53,606 nt of DNA from a virus. Taxonomy: Duplodnaviria > Caudoviricetes. Of the stretch, positions 10,119-20,100 are shown piece by piece. The stretch spans positions 1-53,606 of IMG/VR virus record IMGVR_UViG_3300017971_002684; one strand, given 5' to 3'. Position numbers and translations under genes: made by a program. Position 1 is the first letter of the stretch, and each line of letters begins with the position of its first letter. Below the pieces are notes generated by a model. That model saw only the letters and a program-made list of their open reading frames with translations, searched no databases and had not been told where the DNA came from.

Positions 10119-10646
10119 ATGCCCTCCTATGTGATTCTCAAAGCCCGCAACATGCCCCAGAGGCTCCAGAAAGCCCTCACGGGGCTCATCCATGATGAAT
10201 TCCATGCCCTGACTACCTACGCCCATCAGGCGTCCATCATGGAGGGCTACGGGCACCAGCGCCTTGCCCAAAAATTCCAGGAAGAGGTCCGGGAGGAACT
10301 GCACCACGCCATGCTCCTGATGGACCGGCTCAACCTCTTTGCCTCCCCGCCCAACCTCAACAAGCCCAAGCCCGTCAAGACCCTCATCTCCCCCAAGGCC
10401 ATGCTCCAACACCAGCTTGAACTGGAAGAGGAAGCCATTGCCAGCTACAACAAAGCCGTTGCCCTTGCCCGCTCCCTGGAAGACAACGCCACCAAGGATC
10501 TGCTCACCGCCATCCTACAGGATGAGGAGCACCACTATGACTGGCTGTCCGCCCAACTGGACCGTATTGCCCAGATGGGCTTGGAGAACTACCTCTCCCA
10601 CATGGGACAGCCCCACATCACCGTTGAGGTGGAAGAGGAAGACTGA
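10119..10646 (+). CDS. bfr: Bacterioferritin-like (ferritin superfamily) protein
   Basis: Di-iron motifs DEF, EELHH, ELEEEAI and DEEHH; C-terminal 'MGLENYL'. GAGGAG RBS favours ATG 10119 over track start 10083. Confidence 0.85.
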   Translation: MPSYVILKARNMPQRLQKALTGLIHDEFHALTTYAHQASIMEGYGHQRLAQKFQEEVREELHHAMLLMDRLNLFASPPNLNKPKPVKTLISPKAMLQHQLELEEEAIASYNKAVALARSLEDNATKDLLTAILQDEEHHYDWLSAQLDRIAQMGLENYLSHMGQPHITVEVEEED

Positions 10647-13228
10647 TGCCCCTGGACATTGCCAACGTCCCCAACCCCCTGTTCACCTACAACCAACGCT
10701 CCGCCCTGGAGGCGCTCCGGCGCATGTTCCTATTGAGATGGTCCACCGGGAAGTACCTGACAGCCAACGCTGGCAACTATGGGCTCTCACGCCCTCCCCT
10801 GGGCTTTTCTGATGATGACATCTTCCGCGCCTGCGCCCAGGTCATCATGGCGCACCACAAGAACATCCTGGACCCCATCCGCCTCCTCTGTGAAATCATC
10901 CTGGGACCGGCTGAAGACCTCTGGTTCCAACTTGCCCAAAATGAGAACGCTGGCAGACCCTTCCTCCACCTCAAGCCCTACGGGCACTACTTCACCTACT
11001 CCAATCTGGTAGGCGGACCCCCCAACCCCGGAGAGCGCCTCTCCGCCACACACCCCAAAACTGGCACGGTTTTTGACATCCTTGCCGTCCACCTGGACAC
11101 CGCCCGCTCCCGCCTCTGGTTCAACTTCATCCGCTCCAAGCCCGCAGACCAACTCCTGGAGCCAGGGCTCTCCTTCACCGGAAACCAAACCGGCGTCTCA
11201 CTCAAGAACGCCTCAGAGGTCTTCCAGCGTGACCTGGACGCCCTTCCCATCTATGCTATGTTTACCCTCTACAACCCCAAACCGGCGGACCCCCTGGACC
11301 CCTCCCTGGATGCGCTGCGGGAGGACGGAATTTTCATTTCCCCTGATGCTACAAGGGGTTACGCCAGATTGAGTCAGCCCCTCACCTCCGCGCACGCCCA
11401 AGATGACCTGCTCTACATCAAAGGCGGATGCTGGGAACTGTACGCCCCAAAAGCCCGCAGCTTCTACATCAAGGTCACTTGCCCAGAACTGTACCCGTCA
11501 CAACTCCCCGGCAACTCCTACCTGCACGCTAACCCCTGGATTGCCTCTGAGACACAACGCCCCCTTGCACCGGGAGACACAAACGTCTACATCCAAAACC
11601 TTTTCACTCTCAACACGGATTTGCTAACCTTCCCAAGAATCCTTTTTATCGATCCGGATTTTGAAGCCAAAAACACACTTTCCGGGTCAAGGTTTTTGAC
11701 GGTGACAGCGTTCAATCCAACGTCACGGGTCTTCACCCTGTCTCTCCCCATCCCGGCAGGCGTCCACTATCCCAGAGGGACCAAGGTGAAGTGGCTCCAG
11801 CACTTGACAGGGCAGACCAGTGGCGTGACCTCTCCAGGGGCTCAGGTGATCGTGGCACGGCTGAATGAACCTCATCCAGAGGGTGTGTGGGTGGTGGACC
11901 CAGGGGGGGGTAGTGAGGAGAAAGTTTTTGTGGTGGGGAGTTCTTATCAGGTGCGGCGGCTGGTGGCACCGTTGGTGAGTGGTTCCAGTGTAGTGGTGGA
12001 GGTGGACAGACCGTTTGAGGATGTGGACCTGAGCCAGACCACCCACTTGGAGGTGTTGGACACCTTGGGGACTGGTGGCTTGGTACAGATTCAGAGCATC
12101 AGTGGGAGGTTCATCACGTTGACAGGGGTGGTGGGGTTCAGCATAGACACCACCACGGTCCTTGCATCCGTGGGGTTGGTGGACAGTGCGGGAGCCAGTC
12201 TCTTGACGCTGGACCCGGCAACTCCGGTGCAGGGGTTGCACGGGGGGGCAACGGCACTGGCGTACTTCTTGGGGTTGGCGGGAGGCTTGGAGCCAACGTG
12301 GGCGGACCATTTACCTGTGGCTGGGTATCCGCCCGCTACGCCGGACGGGCGGCACCCTGGACCGTACTTGTTTGAGCCCAGCCGTGACGCTGCGTACAAT
12401 GAACAGGGGAGTGGGTTGGTGCGTGCGGAGTTGGACACCACGGACCTGAATGACGGGCGGCTCTACATGGCGCGGACGCAGCTTGCGGAGCGCCTGGACC
12501 CGCAGACAGCGCCGATCTTGTTCACCGTGACGGTGGGTGGGATCAAGCATGAGATACGGGCGATCCGTGTGGTGGATGCGTCCTTGTTGCCCAGTCAGGT
12601 CATCATGAACGCTTGGAAGGTTCACCCGGACAACCCGGACCCTGGCCTGCCTATCCGTGTGGTGGTGGCGGCAGAGGGGCAATTTGGGCGCACTCCTGTC
12701 TACTACTGGGGTAAGGGGTTCAGTGTCTCTGGGACGGAGAATCTGGTCTATTTGAGCGGCGTGCAGCGCATCCACTTGGCGGGGACGGAGGTGGCAACGT
12801 ACCACACGCACCTGCCCATCAAGGCGGTGAGCCCAGCCAGCAACCCGTGGGGCGCGGACCCTGGCTTTGACACTGGGGAGGGGCAGGTTTTGGTGGACCA
12901 CGGCTTTTCTGTAGAGGAGACGGTGGAGTATGACAAGCTGAACAAGGTGAGCAACACGCAGGCCACCCTGGAGTTTGAGCGTGGCTTTGTCCCGCAGCAT
13001 GGGCATGACCCGTTCAAGGTGAGCAACCTGGAGCCCCTGATTGCCTTGGGGGTTCCGATAGTCCGGGGGGACCAGCAGGCCATCCCCAGGGTGGATGGGT
13101 TCTCTTTCCCGTTCTACTTGGGCGGCAACGCTGCCTATTTCCGTCTGCGCTTTGTGATGGATTTGGTGCGTGCTGCGGGAGTGGAGGTGACGTTGCTGGA
13201 TGACAAAGACCGTGTGATCCCCGTGTAG
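10646..13228 (+). CDS. Putative baseplate-wedge-like structural protein
   Basis: 860 aa, TGATG-coupled to bfr. C-terminal 'LRFVMDLVRAAGVEV' resembles baseplate wedge termini. Confidence 0.5.
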   Translation: MPLDIANVPNPLFTYNQRSALEALRRMFLLRWSTGKYLTANAGNYGLSRPPLGFSDDDIFRACAQVIMAHHKNILDPIRLLCEIILGPAEDLWFQLAQNENAGRPFLHLKPYGHYFTYSNLVGGPPNPGERLSATHPKTGTVFDILAVHLDTARSRLWFNFIRSKPADQLLEPGLSFTGNQTGVSLKNASEVFQRDLDALPIYAMFTLYNPKPADPLDPSLDALREDGIFISPDATRGYARLSQPLTSAHAQDDLLYIKGGCWELYAPKARSFYIKVTCPELYPSQLPGNSYLHANPWIASETQRPLAPGDTNVYIQNLFTLNTDLLTFPRILFIDPDFEAKNTLSGSRFLTVTAFNPTSRVFTLSLPIPAGVHYPRGTKVKWLQHLTGQTSGVTSPGAQVIVARLNEPHPEGVWVVDPGGGSEEKVFVVGSSYQVRRLVAPLVSGSSVVVEVDRPFEDVDLSQTTHLEVLDTLGTGGLVQIQSISGRFITLTGVVGFSIDTTTVLASVGLVDSAGASLLTLDPATPVQGLHGGATALAYFLGLAGGLEPTWADHLPVAGYPPATPDGRHPGPYLFEPSRDAAYNEQGSGLVRAELDTTDLNDGRLYMARTQLAERLDPQTAPILFTVTVGGIKHEIRAIRVVDASLLPSQVIMNAWKVHPDNPDPGLPIRVVVAAEGQFGRTPVYYWGKGFSVSGTENLVYLSGVQRIHLAGTEVATYHTHLPIKAVSPASNPWGADPGFDTGEGQVLVDHGFSVEETVEYDKLNKVSNTQATLEFERGFVPQHGHDPFKVSNLEPLIALGVPIVRGDQQAIPRVDGFSFPFYLGGNAAYFRLRFVMDLVRAAGVEVTLLDDKDRVIPV

Positions 13229-13310
13229 CTCTTGCCTTTTTCCTCTTGACACAGAAAAGCCCTTGCAAAGACTCTCCTTTTTTTGCGATCAAATTTTTTG
13301 ATCGGATCGT

Positions 13311-13345
13311 GAAAAAAGTGGTGGCGTGCTATTAGTTTCTAATGG
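13311..13345 (+). promoter_or_regulatory. Box + palindrome element
   Basis: GAAAAAA-N11-CTATTAG-TTT-CTAATGG. Confidence 0.8.
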
Positions 13346-13450
13346 AGGTCATCCTGTTGGCGCGTGTTCCCTGCGTTCAGGTTTCGCTTGGCACACGCTG
13401 GCAGGAGGACAGATGTAGGAGAACCTTGACAAATGAGGAAAAGCGGCAGG

Positions 13451-13643
13451 TTAGGTCCAGGCAGTCCCCGGCTCCACCCCGGCGGATTTGGTGCCGGTGG
13501 TTTTGGTTTGCTGACACAGGTTGTCTGGCGTGCTCTTACAGGATGGGCTGATTTGTCAGAGGCAGTCCTGGGAAAGCTGTAGGAGCGGGGAGCCGGCGCC
13601 GTTGGCTCCGCCCCTTGATGCAACCTGCCCCTGGTGGACCTAA
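13451..13643 (+). ncRNA. Candidate structured RNA of unknown family
   Basis: Closing stem TTAGGTCCA/TGGACCTAA; internal stems GCTCTTACAG/CTGTAGGAGC and GGAGCC/GGCTCC. Lies in a ~500-bp region without a convincing gene. Confidence 0.4.
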
Positions 13644-13724
13644 GTGGTTGAAAAGAGGCGTGGGGGAATTCTGACAGGCTTTTGAGAGGCATGTTTTTGG
13701 TGGCTTGACAGCAGGAGGAAAGAG

Positions 13725-14177
13725 ATGACACCCCAAGAGGCTGAAGCCAAGAGGTTTTTCTACCGTGGCAGAGTGCGCTCTGTCTATGATGGTGACACAG
13801 TACGCATGGACATTGACCTGGGCATGGGGGTGTGGGTCCAGAACCACAGCATCCGCCTGTGGGGGATAGACACCCCAGAGATACGGACCAAAGACCCAGA
13901 GGAGAAGAGGAGGGGCTACAACGCCCGTGATGCGCTCCGGGAGATGGTGCTGGGGGAGAAGGTCTACATTGAGACGTTCAAGGACAAGAGCGGCAAGTAT
14001 GGGCGTCTGCTGGGGGTCATTTGGGCAGACCTGGAGCCAACGCAGGAGCAGGGCTCCGGCGGGCTCCTCAACGTCAACCTGCAACTGGTGTTGTCTGGTC
14101 TGGCAGAGCCCACAGAAAAGCGTTACATTGAGGCAAAGAAAGCCCACATTGAAGTAGAGAAGGGGTTGCAGGCATGA
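13725..14177 (+). CDS. Thermonuclease (SNase-like) family nuclease
   Basis: VYDGDT, IRLWGIDTPE and KYGRLLG motifs; GGAGG RBS. Confidence 0.9.
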   Translation: MTPQEAEAKRFFYRGRVRSVYDGDTVRMDIDLGMGVWVQNHSIRLWGIDTPEIRTKDPEEKRRGYNARDALREMVLGEKVYIETFKDKSGKYGRLLGVIWADLEPTQEQGSGGLLNVNLQLVLSGLAEPTEKRYIEAKKAHIEVEKGLQA

Positions 14178-15517
14178 GGTACTTCTCAGGCTGTTCAGGG
14201 ATTGGCAGTGAGCATGTGGCATGGGACCGGCTGGGGTGGGAGTGCGCCGGGTTCTGTGAGATAGAGGAGTTTCCCTCAGCCGTGCTTGCTCACCACTATC
14301 CCAACGTCAAGAACTATGGTGATTTTACGGAGTTGACAGATGAGCAAATCCAGGGACTCAGATCCGCCGGTCCAGTTGACCTTCTTGTTGGGGGCACCCC
14401 CTGCCAAAGTTTCTCAGTTGCCGGACACAGAAGAGGACTGGATGACTACCGTGGCTCACTGGCGCTCAGATTTGTTGAGCTTGCGGATCGCCTTGGAGTC
14501 CGTTGGATTGTCTGGGAAAACGTCCCAGGAGTGCTCAGTGTTGATGAGGGACAGGCTTTTGGAGCCGTCCTTGGGAAAATGGTTCAGCGCGGGTATGGGT
14601 TCACCTACAGAGTTCTGGACGCACAGCATTTTGGAGTGCCCCAAAGACGCAGAAGAGTCTTTGTTGTCGGACATTCTGGAGGAGACTGGAGAGCATCTGC
14701 TGCGGTACTGTTTGAGTCCCAAGGCTTGCCAGGGGATACTGCGGCGGGCGGAAAAGAGGGGGCGCATCCTGCCCCCTCCGTTGGAGGCGGCTCTGAAAAT
14801 GGTGGCGGAGAGAGAGGAGGAGTGATGTCCTTTGACACCACCCAGATCACCTCTCCTGGCAACTATTCCCAGCCAGACTATGGCAAGCCCTGTCATTCAC
14901 TGGCTTCTGGAGCGCACGTCCCGTCTGTGGCTATGGCGCTGACAGCAAATGACAATGGGCGGGACGCCACAGAGAACACCTGCCCCACGGTGCGGGTTGG
15001 AGCCCAGCCTGCCGTGGTCCCAGACAAATCCTATGCCATGAATGCCAAGAGTTTCTACCAAAACCCCACGGTGGAAACCTACATCCCTTTCAATGAGCAA
15101 GCTGGCACGCTGGGCGGAGCCTCCCAAAGCGGGGGCTTCCGTACCACGGACCTGGACAACTCTGGGGCGTTTGTGCAGGCGTTTGCCATGCGCGGGCGGG
15201 ACGGGGAGAACATGCCAGAGGTGCATGGGGACGGGCAGACCACCTCTCCGGTGCGGACAGAAGGTGGGAGTGGGCGGGACTATGTGGGCTTGTTGAATCA
15301 AATCCGGCGGCTGACACCGCTTGAGTGTGAGCGGCTCCAGGGCTTGCCGGACAACCACACCAGGGTTCCATTCAAGGGCAAGGACGCCTCAATGTGTCCA
15401 GACACCCCCCGCTACAAGGCGGTGGGGAATGGCTTTGCTGTGCCCGTTGTGCGGTGGCTGGGTGAGCGCATCCAGATGTTTGAGCGGCTGGTGGCGCAGG
15501 GCAAGATCCGGCGGTGA
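14174..15517 (+). CDS. DNA cytosine-5 methyltransferase
   Basis: Motif I (SGIG), IV (GGTPCQSFS), VI (ENV), VIII (QRRRRVF), IX (RRLTPLECERLQG) and X (GNGFAV). Confidence 0.93.
   Translation: MRYFSGCSGIGSEHVAWDRLGWECAGFCEIEEFPSAVLAHHYPNVKNYGDFTELTDEQIQGLRSAGPVDLLVGGTPCQSFSVAGHRRGLDDYRGSLALRFVELADRLGVRWIVWENVPGVLSVDEGQAFGAVLGKMVQRGYGFTYRVLDAQHFGVPQRRRRVFVVGHSGGDWRASAAVLFESQGLPGDTAAGGKEGAHPAPSVGGGSENGGGERGGVMSFDTTQITSPGNYSQPDYGKPCHSLASGAHVPSVAMALTANDNGRDATENTCPTVRVGAQPAVVPDKSYAMNAKSFYQNPTVETYIPFNEQAGTLGGASQSGGFRTTDLDNSGAFVQAFAMRGRDGENMPEVHGDGQTTSPVRTEGGSGRDYVGLLNQIRRLTPLECERLQGLPDNHTRVPFKGKDASMCPDTPRYKAVGNGFAVPVVRWLGERIQMFERLVAQGKIRR
14340..14825 (+). CDS. Nested +1-frame ORF in the C5-MTase (possible second polypeptide)
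   Basis: 161 aa, GGAG upstream of ATG. Carries 'LSDILEE...YCLSPKACQGILRRA', a segment of the kind seen after motif VIII in C5-MTases. Confidence 0.55.
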   Translation: MSKSRDSDPPVQLTFLLGAPPAKVSQLPDTEEDWMTTVAHWRSDLLSLRIALESVGLSGKTSQECSVLMRDRLLEPSLGKWFSAGMGSPTEFWTHSILECPKDAEESLLSDILEETGEHLLRYCLSPKACQGILRRAEKRGRILPPPLEAALKMVAEREEE

Positions 15518-15531
15518 TTAGAAACTAATAG
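15515..15531. promoter_or_regulatory. Palindromic motif copy (no upstream box)
   Basis: TGATTAG-AAA-CTAATAG, overlapping the C5-MTase stop codon. Confidence 0.8.
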
Positions 15532-15539
15532 GAGGAGGC

Positions 15540-17075
15540 ATGGCACCCGGAACAACGGAGCCCAAGGCAACGCTCCATCTTGGTGATTGCATTGAAGTTT
15601 TGAGTGGGTTGCCCCCAGAGTGTGTGCAGGCGTGCGTCACGGACCCGCCGGCAGGCATTTCCTTCATGGAGCGGGACTGGGATGATGACAAAGGGGGAAG
15701 GGATGAGTGGATTGAATGGCTCACAAAGGTCATGCGGGAGGTCTACCGCGTGCTGGTGCCTGGAGCCCATGCCCTGGTGTGGGCTCTCCCGCGCACAAGC
15801 CACTGGACCGGCATGGCGCTGGAGAACGCAGGCTTTGAGATTAGGGACCGCATCAGCCACATCTTTGGGCAGGGCTTCCCCAAAAACCACAACGTGAGCA
15901 AGGCGCTGGACAGGATCGCCGGGGCAGAGCGTGAGGTGGTGGGGGTTGTGGCAGGAATGGGGAAACAGAACCCGGAGTGGAACGGAACGGCAGCAGGGCG
16001 GGCGGAAAACTACTTCAAGCCGGAGTATGAAGCCACAGCCCCAGCTACCCCAGAGGCAGAGCAATGGGACGGCTGGGGCACGGCGCTCAAGCCCAGCACA
16101 GAAGACTGGTGGCTTGCCCGCAAGCCCTTCAAGGGCAGCGTGGCTTCCAATGTGCTGGAGTGGGGGACCGGAGCCATCAACATTGATGGGTGTAGGATTT
16201 CACTACAGGGGCAACCATCCCCATCCGCAGAGCGCCGCAAGAGCACCCCCCTCATCAACTACAAAGACGGTGGGCGCTGGCCTGTCCGTACCAGCCCAGA
16301 AACCTTCTCCCAGGAGCGTCCCTCTGAGCAGTTGGGGCGCTGGCCTGCTCATTTCATTTTGAGCCATCACCCAGAGTGCAAGCAAGTAGGAGAAGATGAC
16401 TGGGACTGCCACCCAGATTGCCCGGTGAGGCAGCTTGGGGAGCAGACACAGGGGCAGAGATGTCAAAACCCCTCAAGGACTGGTACAGCTTTTTCCCATG
16501 ATGGTCTGTTCATGCCAGGGCAACCAGACAGGCAACCTCTCCAGCATGATGATGGTGGTGGTGCTTCCCGGTTCTTTTTGAACCTGCCCCCTGTGGACCC
16601 GGACCCTTTCTACTACTGCCCCAAGGCAAATCCAAAGGAGAAGGAGTTGGGCTGTGATGACCGGGATGAGGCGATCTGCAACGACGGGCGCAAAACCAGC
16701 ATAGACAACCCCTACCAGCGTGGTGACACCATGCGGAAAAACGTCCATCCCACCGTCAAGCCCCTGAAGTTGATGCGGTATTTGTGCAGGCTCATCACGC
16801 CCCCTGGAGGCACCGTGTTGGACCCTTTCATGGGATCTGGGAGCACAGGCATGGGGGCGCTCCAGGAGGGCTTCAGCTTCCTTGGGATTGAGCAACAAGA
16901 GGAGTTCTTGGACATTGCCCGCAAGCGGATTGCTTGGGCTCTTGAACAGGCTCCTTTTGAGGAGAAAGAGCGGACCTTGCAGGTGGTCACACAGGATGAA
17001 GACGGGCAGGAGCAGGCAGAGGTGGAGGTCAAAGAAGACCGGCGCCCTGCACAGCAGTTGTCTTTTTTCAAGTGA
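15540..17075 (+). CDS. DNA amino-methyltransferase (N6-A/N4-C, beta class)
   Basis: GDC, TDPPAG, HPTVKP and DPFMGSGSTG motifs; GGAGG RBS; C-terminal QLSFF. Confidence 0.9.
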   Translation: MAPGTTEPKATLHLGDCIEVLSGLPPECVQACVTDPPAGISFMERDWDDDKGGRDEWIEWLTKVMREVYRVLVPGAHALVWALPRTSHWTGMALENAGFEIRDRISHIFGQGFPKNHNVSKALDRIAGAEREVVGVVAGMGKQNPEWNGTAAGRAENYFKPEYEATAPATPEAEQWDGWGTALKPSTEDWWLARKPFKGSVASNVLEWGTGAINIDGCRISLQGQPSPSAERRKSTPLINYKDGGRWPVRTSPETFSQERPSEQLGRWPAHFILSHHPECKQVGEDDWDCHPDCPVRQLGEQTQGQRCQNPSRTGTAFSHDGLFMPGQPDRQPLQHDDGGGASRFFLNLPPVDPDPFYYCPKANPKEKELGCDDRDEAICNDGRKTSIDNPYQRGDTMRKNVHPTVKPLKLMRYLCRLITPPGGTVLDPFMGSGSTGMGALQEGFSFLGIEQQEEFLDIARKRIAWALEQAPFEEKERTLQVVTQDEDGQEQAEVEVKEDRRPAQQLSFFK

Positions 17076-17109
17076 TTGAGTAGACTGTCTGGGGAGATGG
17101 AGTTGACCT

Positions 17110-17126
17110 GTATTAGTTTCTAATAG
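17110..17126. promoter_or_regulatory. Palindromic motif copy (no upstream box)
   Basis: GTATTAG-TTT-CTAATAG. Confidence 0.8.
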
Positions 17127-17146
17127 ACCACCTTTGGGGTGATATC

Positions 17147-20100
17147 ATGGCAAAAAGACCCAACTATGTGCCCACAGAGCGGGTGGACCTGGATGATTTT
17201 CTCTACTCTGTGGCAGACTATCCCTTCAACTTGCAGTCAGACATGAACCGTGCTGTCCTGGGAGCCGGCGTCCTGGAGGGCTTCCGCGTGCGCGTTCTGG
17301 AGCAGTCCGGCGCAAACAAGGGGCGCATTGAGATATCCAACGGGCGTGCCCTGGACTGGGGCGGGCGGTTCCTCAATGCAGAGACAGGGACCATTGCAGA
17401 GCAGGTGGTGCTGTCAGGAGTGGAACAAGAGTTCTGGGTTGAAGTGGAAATCCTGTTCATTGACGCGGACAAGGACGCACGCGCCCTGTGGGATGCGCTG
17501 ATTGACAACACGGCTCCCCTGCCAGACGGGCAAGAGGTGAGCGTCCCGCGTGTGCCAACGCGCAAGATCCCCACCTGGAGGATCAAGCAACCCATCCGCT
17601 CCAACCCGGCAGACAAGAGAACGGAGTCAGGCTACAACCCGGTGGGGTTCTCCCCTTCCACAGAGCATCTGGTCCGGGTGGCTTGCATCCGTACCAACTC
17701 AAGCGGTCACATTGTCTTTGGCTCCCCAGATGATGATGAGTTTGGGAATGCCATTGTGACGCGGGCAACGGCTGAGGGTTCCTCCCGCAAGTTCATCCAG
17801 GCACCTGGGCTGGGGGAGCCCACCCAGCAGGACACCAGCGGCTTTGATCTGGTCTATGGCTACAAGCATTCAGACCAGCGCAACATGTTTTTCTCCCCCC
17901 TCCTGCCGCCCGGACCTTTGGGCTTTTCTCCCCCTGGAGACATTGCAGGCTCCATCTACAACGGCATGTGGATGAGGGACATGGGGTCTTGCCTGGACCA
18001 CTTGATGACCCAGATCGGGCAGATCAAGGACGGGGCTGGACCCACGGATTTTGGGCAGTACCATGATGGACTGGTCCAGGAGTTTGGACCCAACCTGGAG
18101 TACCTCACGCTCAAAGAGGTCTATGACAACTCTTCCTCTGGCTCCCCCTTCAATGTGGACCCAGACCAGTTCATTGGATGCACCATTCAGGTCACTAGCG
18201 GGCACTGGGCGGGCTTCTATGCAGAGATACAGAACAATGAGCGCACAGCCCTTGACGGCACCACAAAGCTGTGGCTGGGGCGCAAGAGCGGCATTCCTGA
18301 GTGGAGGGATGGCATAGCTGGCAACCCAACATGTAGGGTGGTCCAGCACAAGCAAAAGAACTGGCTGGCGCCGCCCACGCCGGACTCTGCCAACCGGGGG
18401 CTCAACGCCCTGGACACTGAGGTTGTGGGAGCCCGCACAGACTACTGGTCCAACATAGGTTTCACCTACCTACGCAACCGGCTGGATGCAGGGAAGCTGG
18501 CAACCTTGACTGTAGCGCCGGAGGACACCCCCGATCTGACAACGGGTGATCCTTCCACCGCAGGCCACCCCAGGGCGGACGTGTTCTATGACAATGCTAA
18601 CATCAGAGCCACCGTCAAGGCGGTGGCAGAGGACAAGGGAGGGCGCATCCACTTCAGGCAGGGAACCTATGACTTTGTGGACCAGGAGCCTGCCACAACT
18701 GTTTTTGAGCTCTCTGGGGCAGAGGGTGTCATCTTTGAAGGGGAGGGACCAGACAAGACCATCCTCAAGTACATCAACACTTCCAGCCCAGTGGAAACCC
18801 GGACCATCTTCAGTTTGGCAAACTGCCAGGACATCATCTTTAAGGACATGAAGTTTCATTCCACTGGCACGCCATTCCAGATGACCGGATGCAGCAGGAT
18901 CTTTTTCATCAACTGTGAGTTTGAGGGGGATTTTGTGGACGCTGACACCCCCGTTGTGGACCTGGGGAGCGCCCTGTTTTGCCTCTTTGACTCCTGCCGG
19001 TTCTATGTGGTTGGGGAGGGCTTGAGTGCCTCCTCTTTTGGTGCCAGCATGATGCGCTACTGCCGCTTTTTCCAGCGCACGGCTTTGTCTACCCAACTCA
19101 AGTACGCTGTGGATCTTGGCAAGGTGGAGTTTTCCCATGTGGAGCACAACTACTTCAGCGGGTACTCCTCAGAGGCAGGAGTGCAGTGTGAGAACTTCAC
19201 CTCTTCCCACTTCAACAACAACATCTTTGCCAGCACAGTGGCAAGCGGTGGTGACGGGCAGTTCTATGTTTGGAGCAGGGTGGAGTATTCCTTGATCGTC
19301 AACAACACCATGCGGAATGACTCCTCTGTGGCAGACAACCAGACCTTTGCCGCCATGAAGCTGAACCGGGTAGTCTACAGCAAGGTGGAGGGGCTCATCA
19401 TCACAGGGGTCAAAGGGGGTGTTTCTATCACTGACAGCTTCACCTATTCCTATATGGGCAACATCCGGGCGGCGCTGACACCGGACGCTCTGGGGATCAC
19501 TGTGGGCGGGACGTTTGAGAACAGCGTGATAGACAGGTGCTATCTGCGCCATGACGGTGGAACTTCTGCAAGGGGGATCTACCTGACAGGCAGAGTCTAC
19601 AACGGCTTTGTGGTGGGCAATGATATCCGTGGGTCCGCCAGCATTGGCAACGCCATTGAAATAGCTTCCAATGATGTGAACAACGCAGTCATCAAGGGCA
19701 ACATCATAGACACTGTGAATGGTGGGATCTACATCAACGGAGCCACCAGTGGCACGTCCCTGTTCATCCATGACAATCTGGTCCGCAACTCCAGTGTGGC
19801 GGCGTTTTATTTCAAGTTCAACACGTTCATGGAGCATGTGTCCATTGTAGGCAACAAGGCTCCAGGAGTGTCCAACCTTGGAATGGCATTTGATGTGACG
19901 GGCACAAACCTTGGGCAGTTCCTCATCAGTGGCAACACCATTGTTGCCACGGGCAGGGCGCTGGAGGTTCTGTCCACCAGTGGTGGCTACATGATTTACA
20001 GTCAGATCACCAACAACCTGTTCTCCTCTGCCAACTACAGTCCTGTGGCTATTGGAACTACTGCCACCAGTGCCGTGCCCACCTCCACAGGTGCCCCAGG

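Noticed and set aside
13286-13309. Cyanobacterial HIP1 (GCGATCGC) explanation for the CGATC/GATCG survivors
   Set aside because: I saw half-sites but no enrichment of the full octamer.
13342-13551. 69-aa ORF beginning inside the palindrome
   Set aside because: No upstream RBS, atypical composition, and it overlaps the predicted RNA structure.
13725-17075. Classical restriction-modification system
   Set aside because: The nuclease is SNase-like rather than a restriction endonuclease, and orphan MTases are common in phages.
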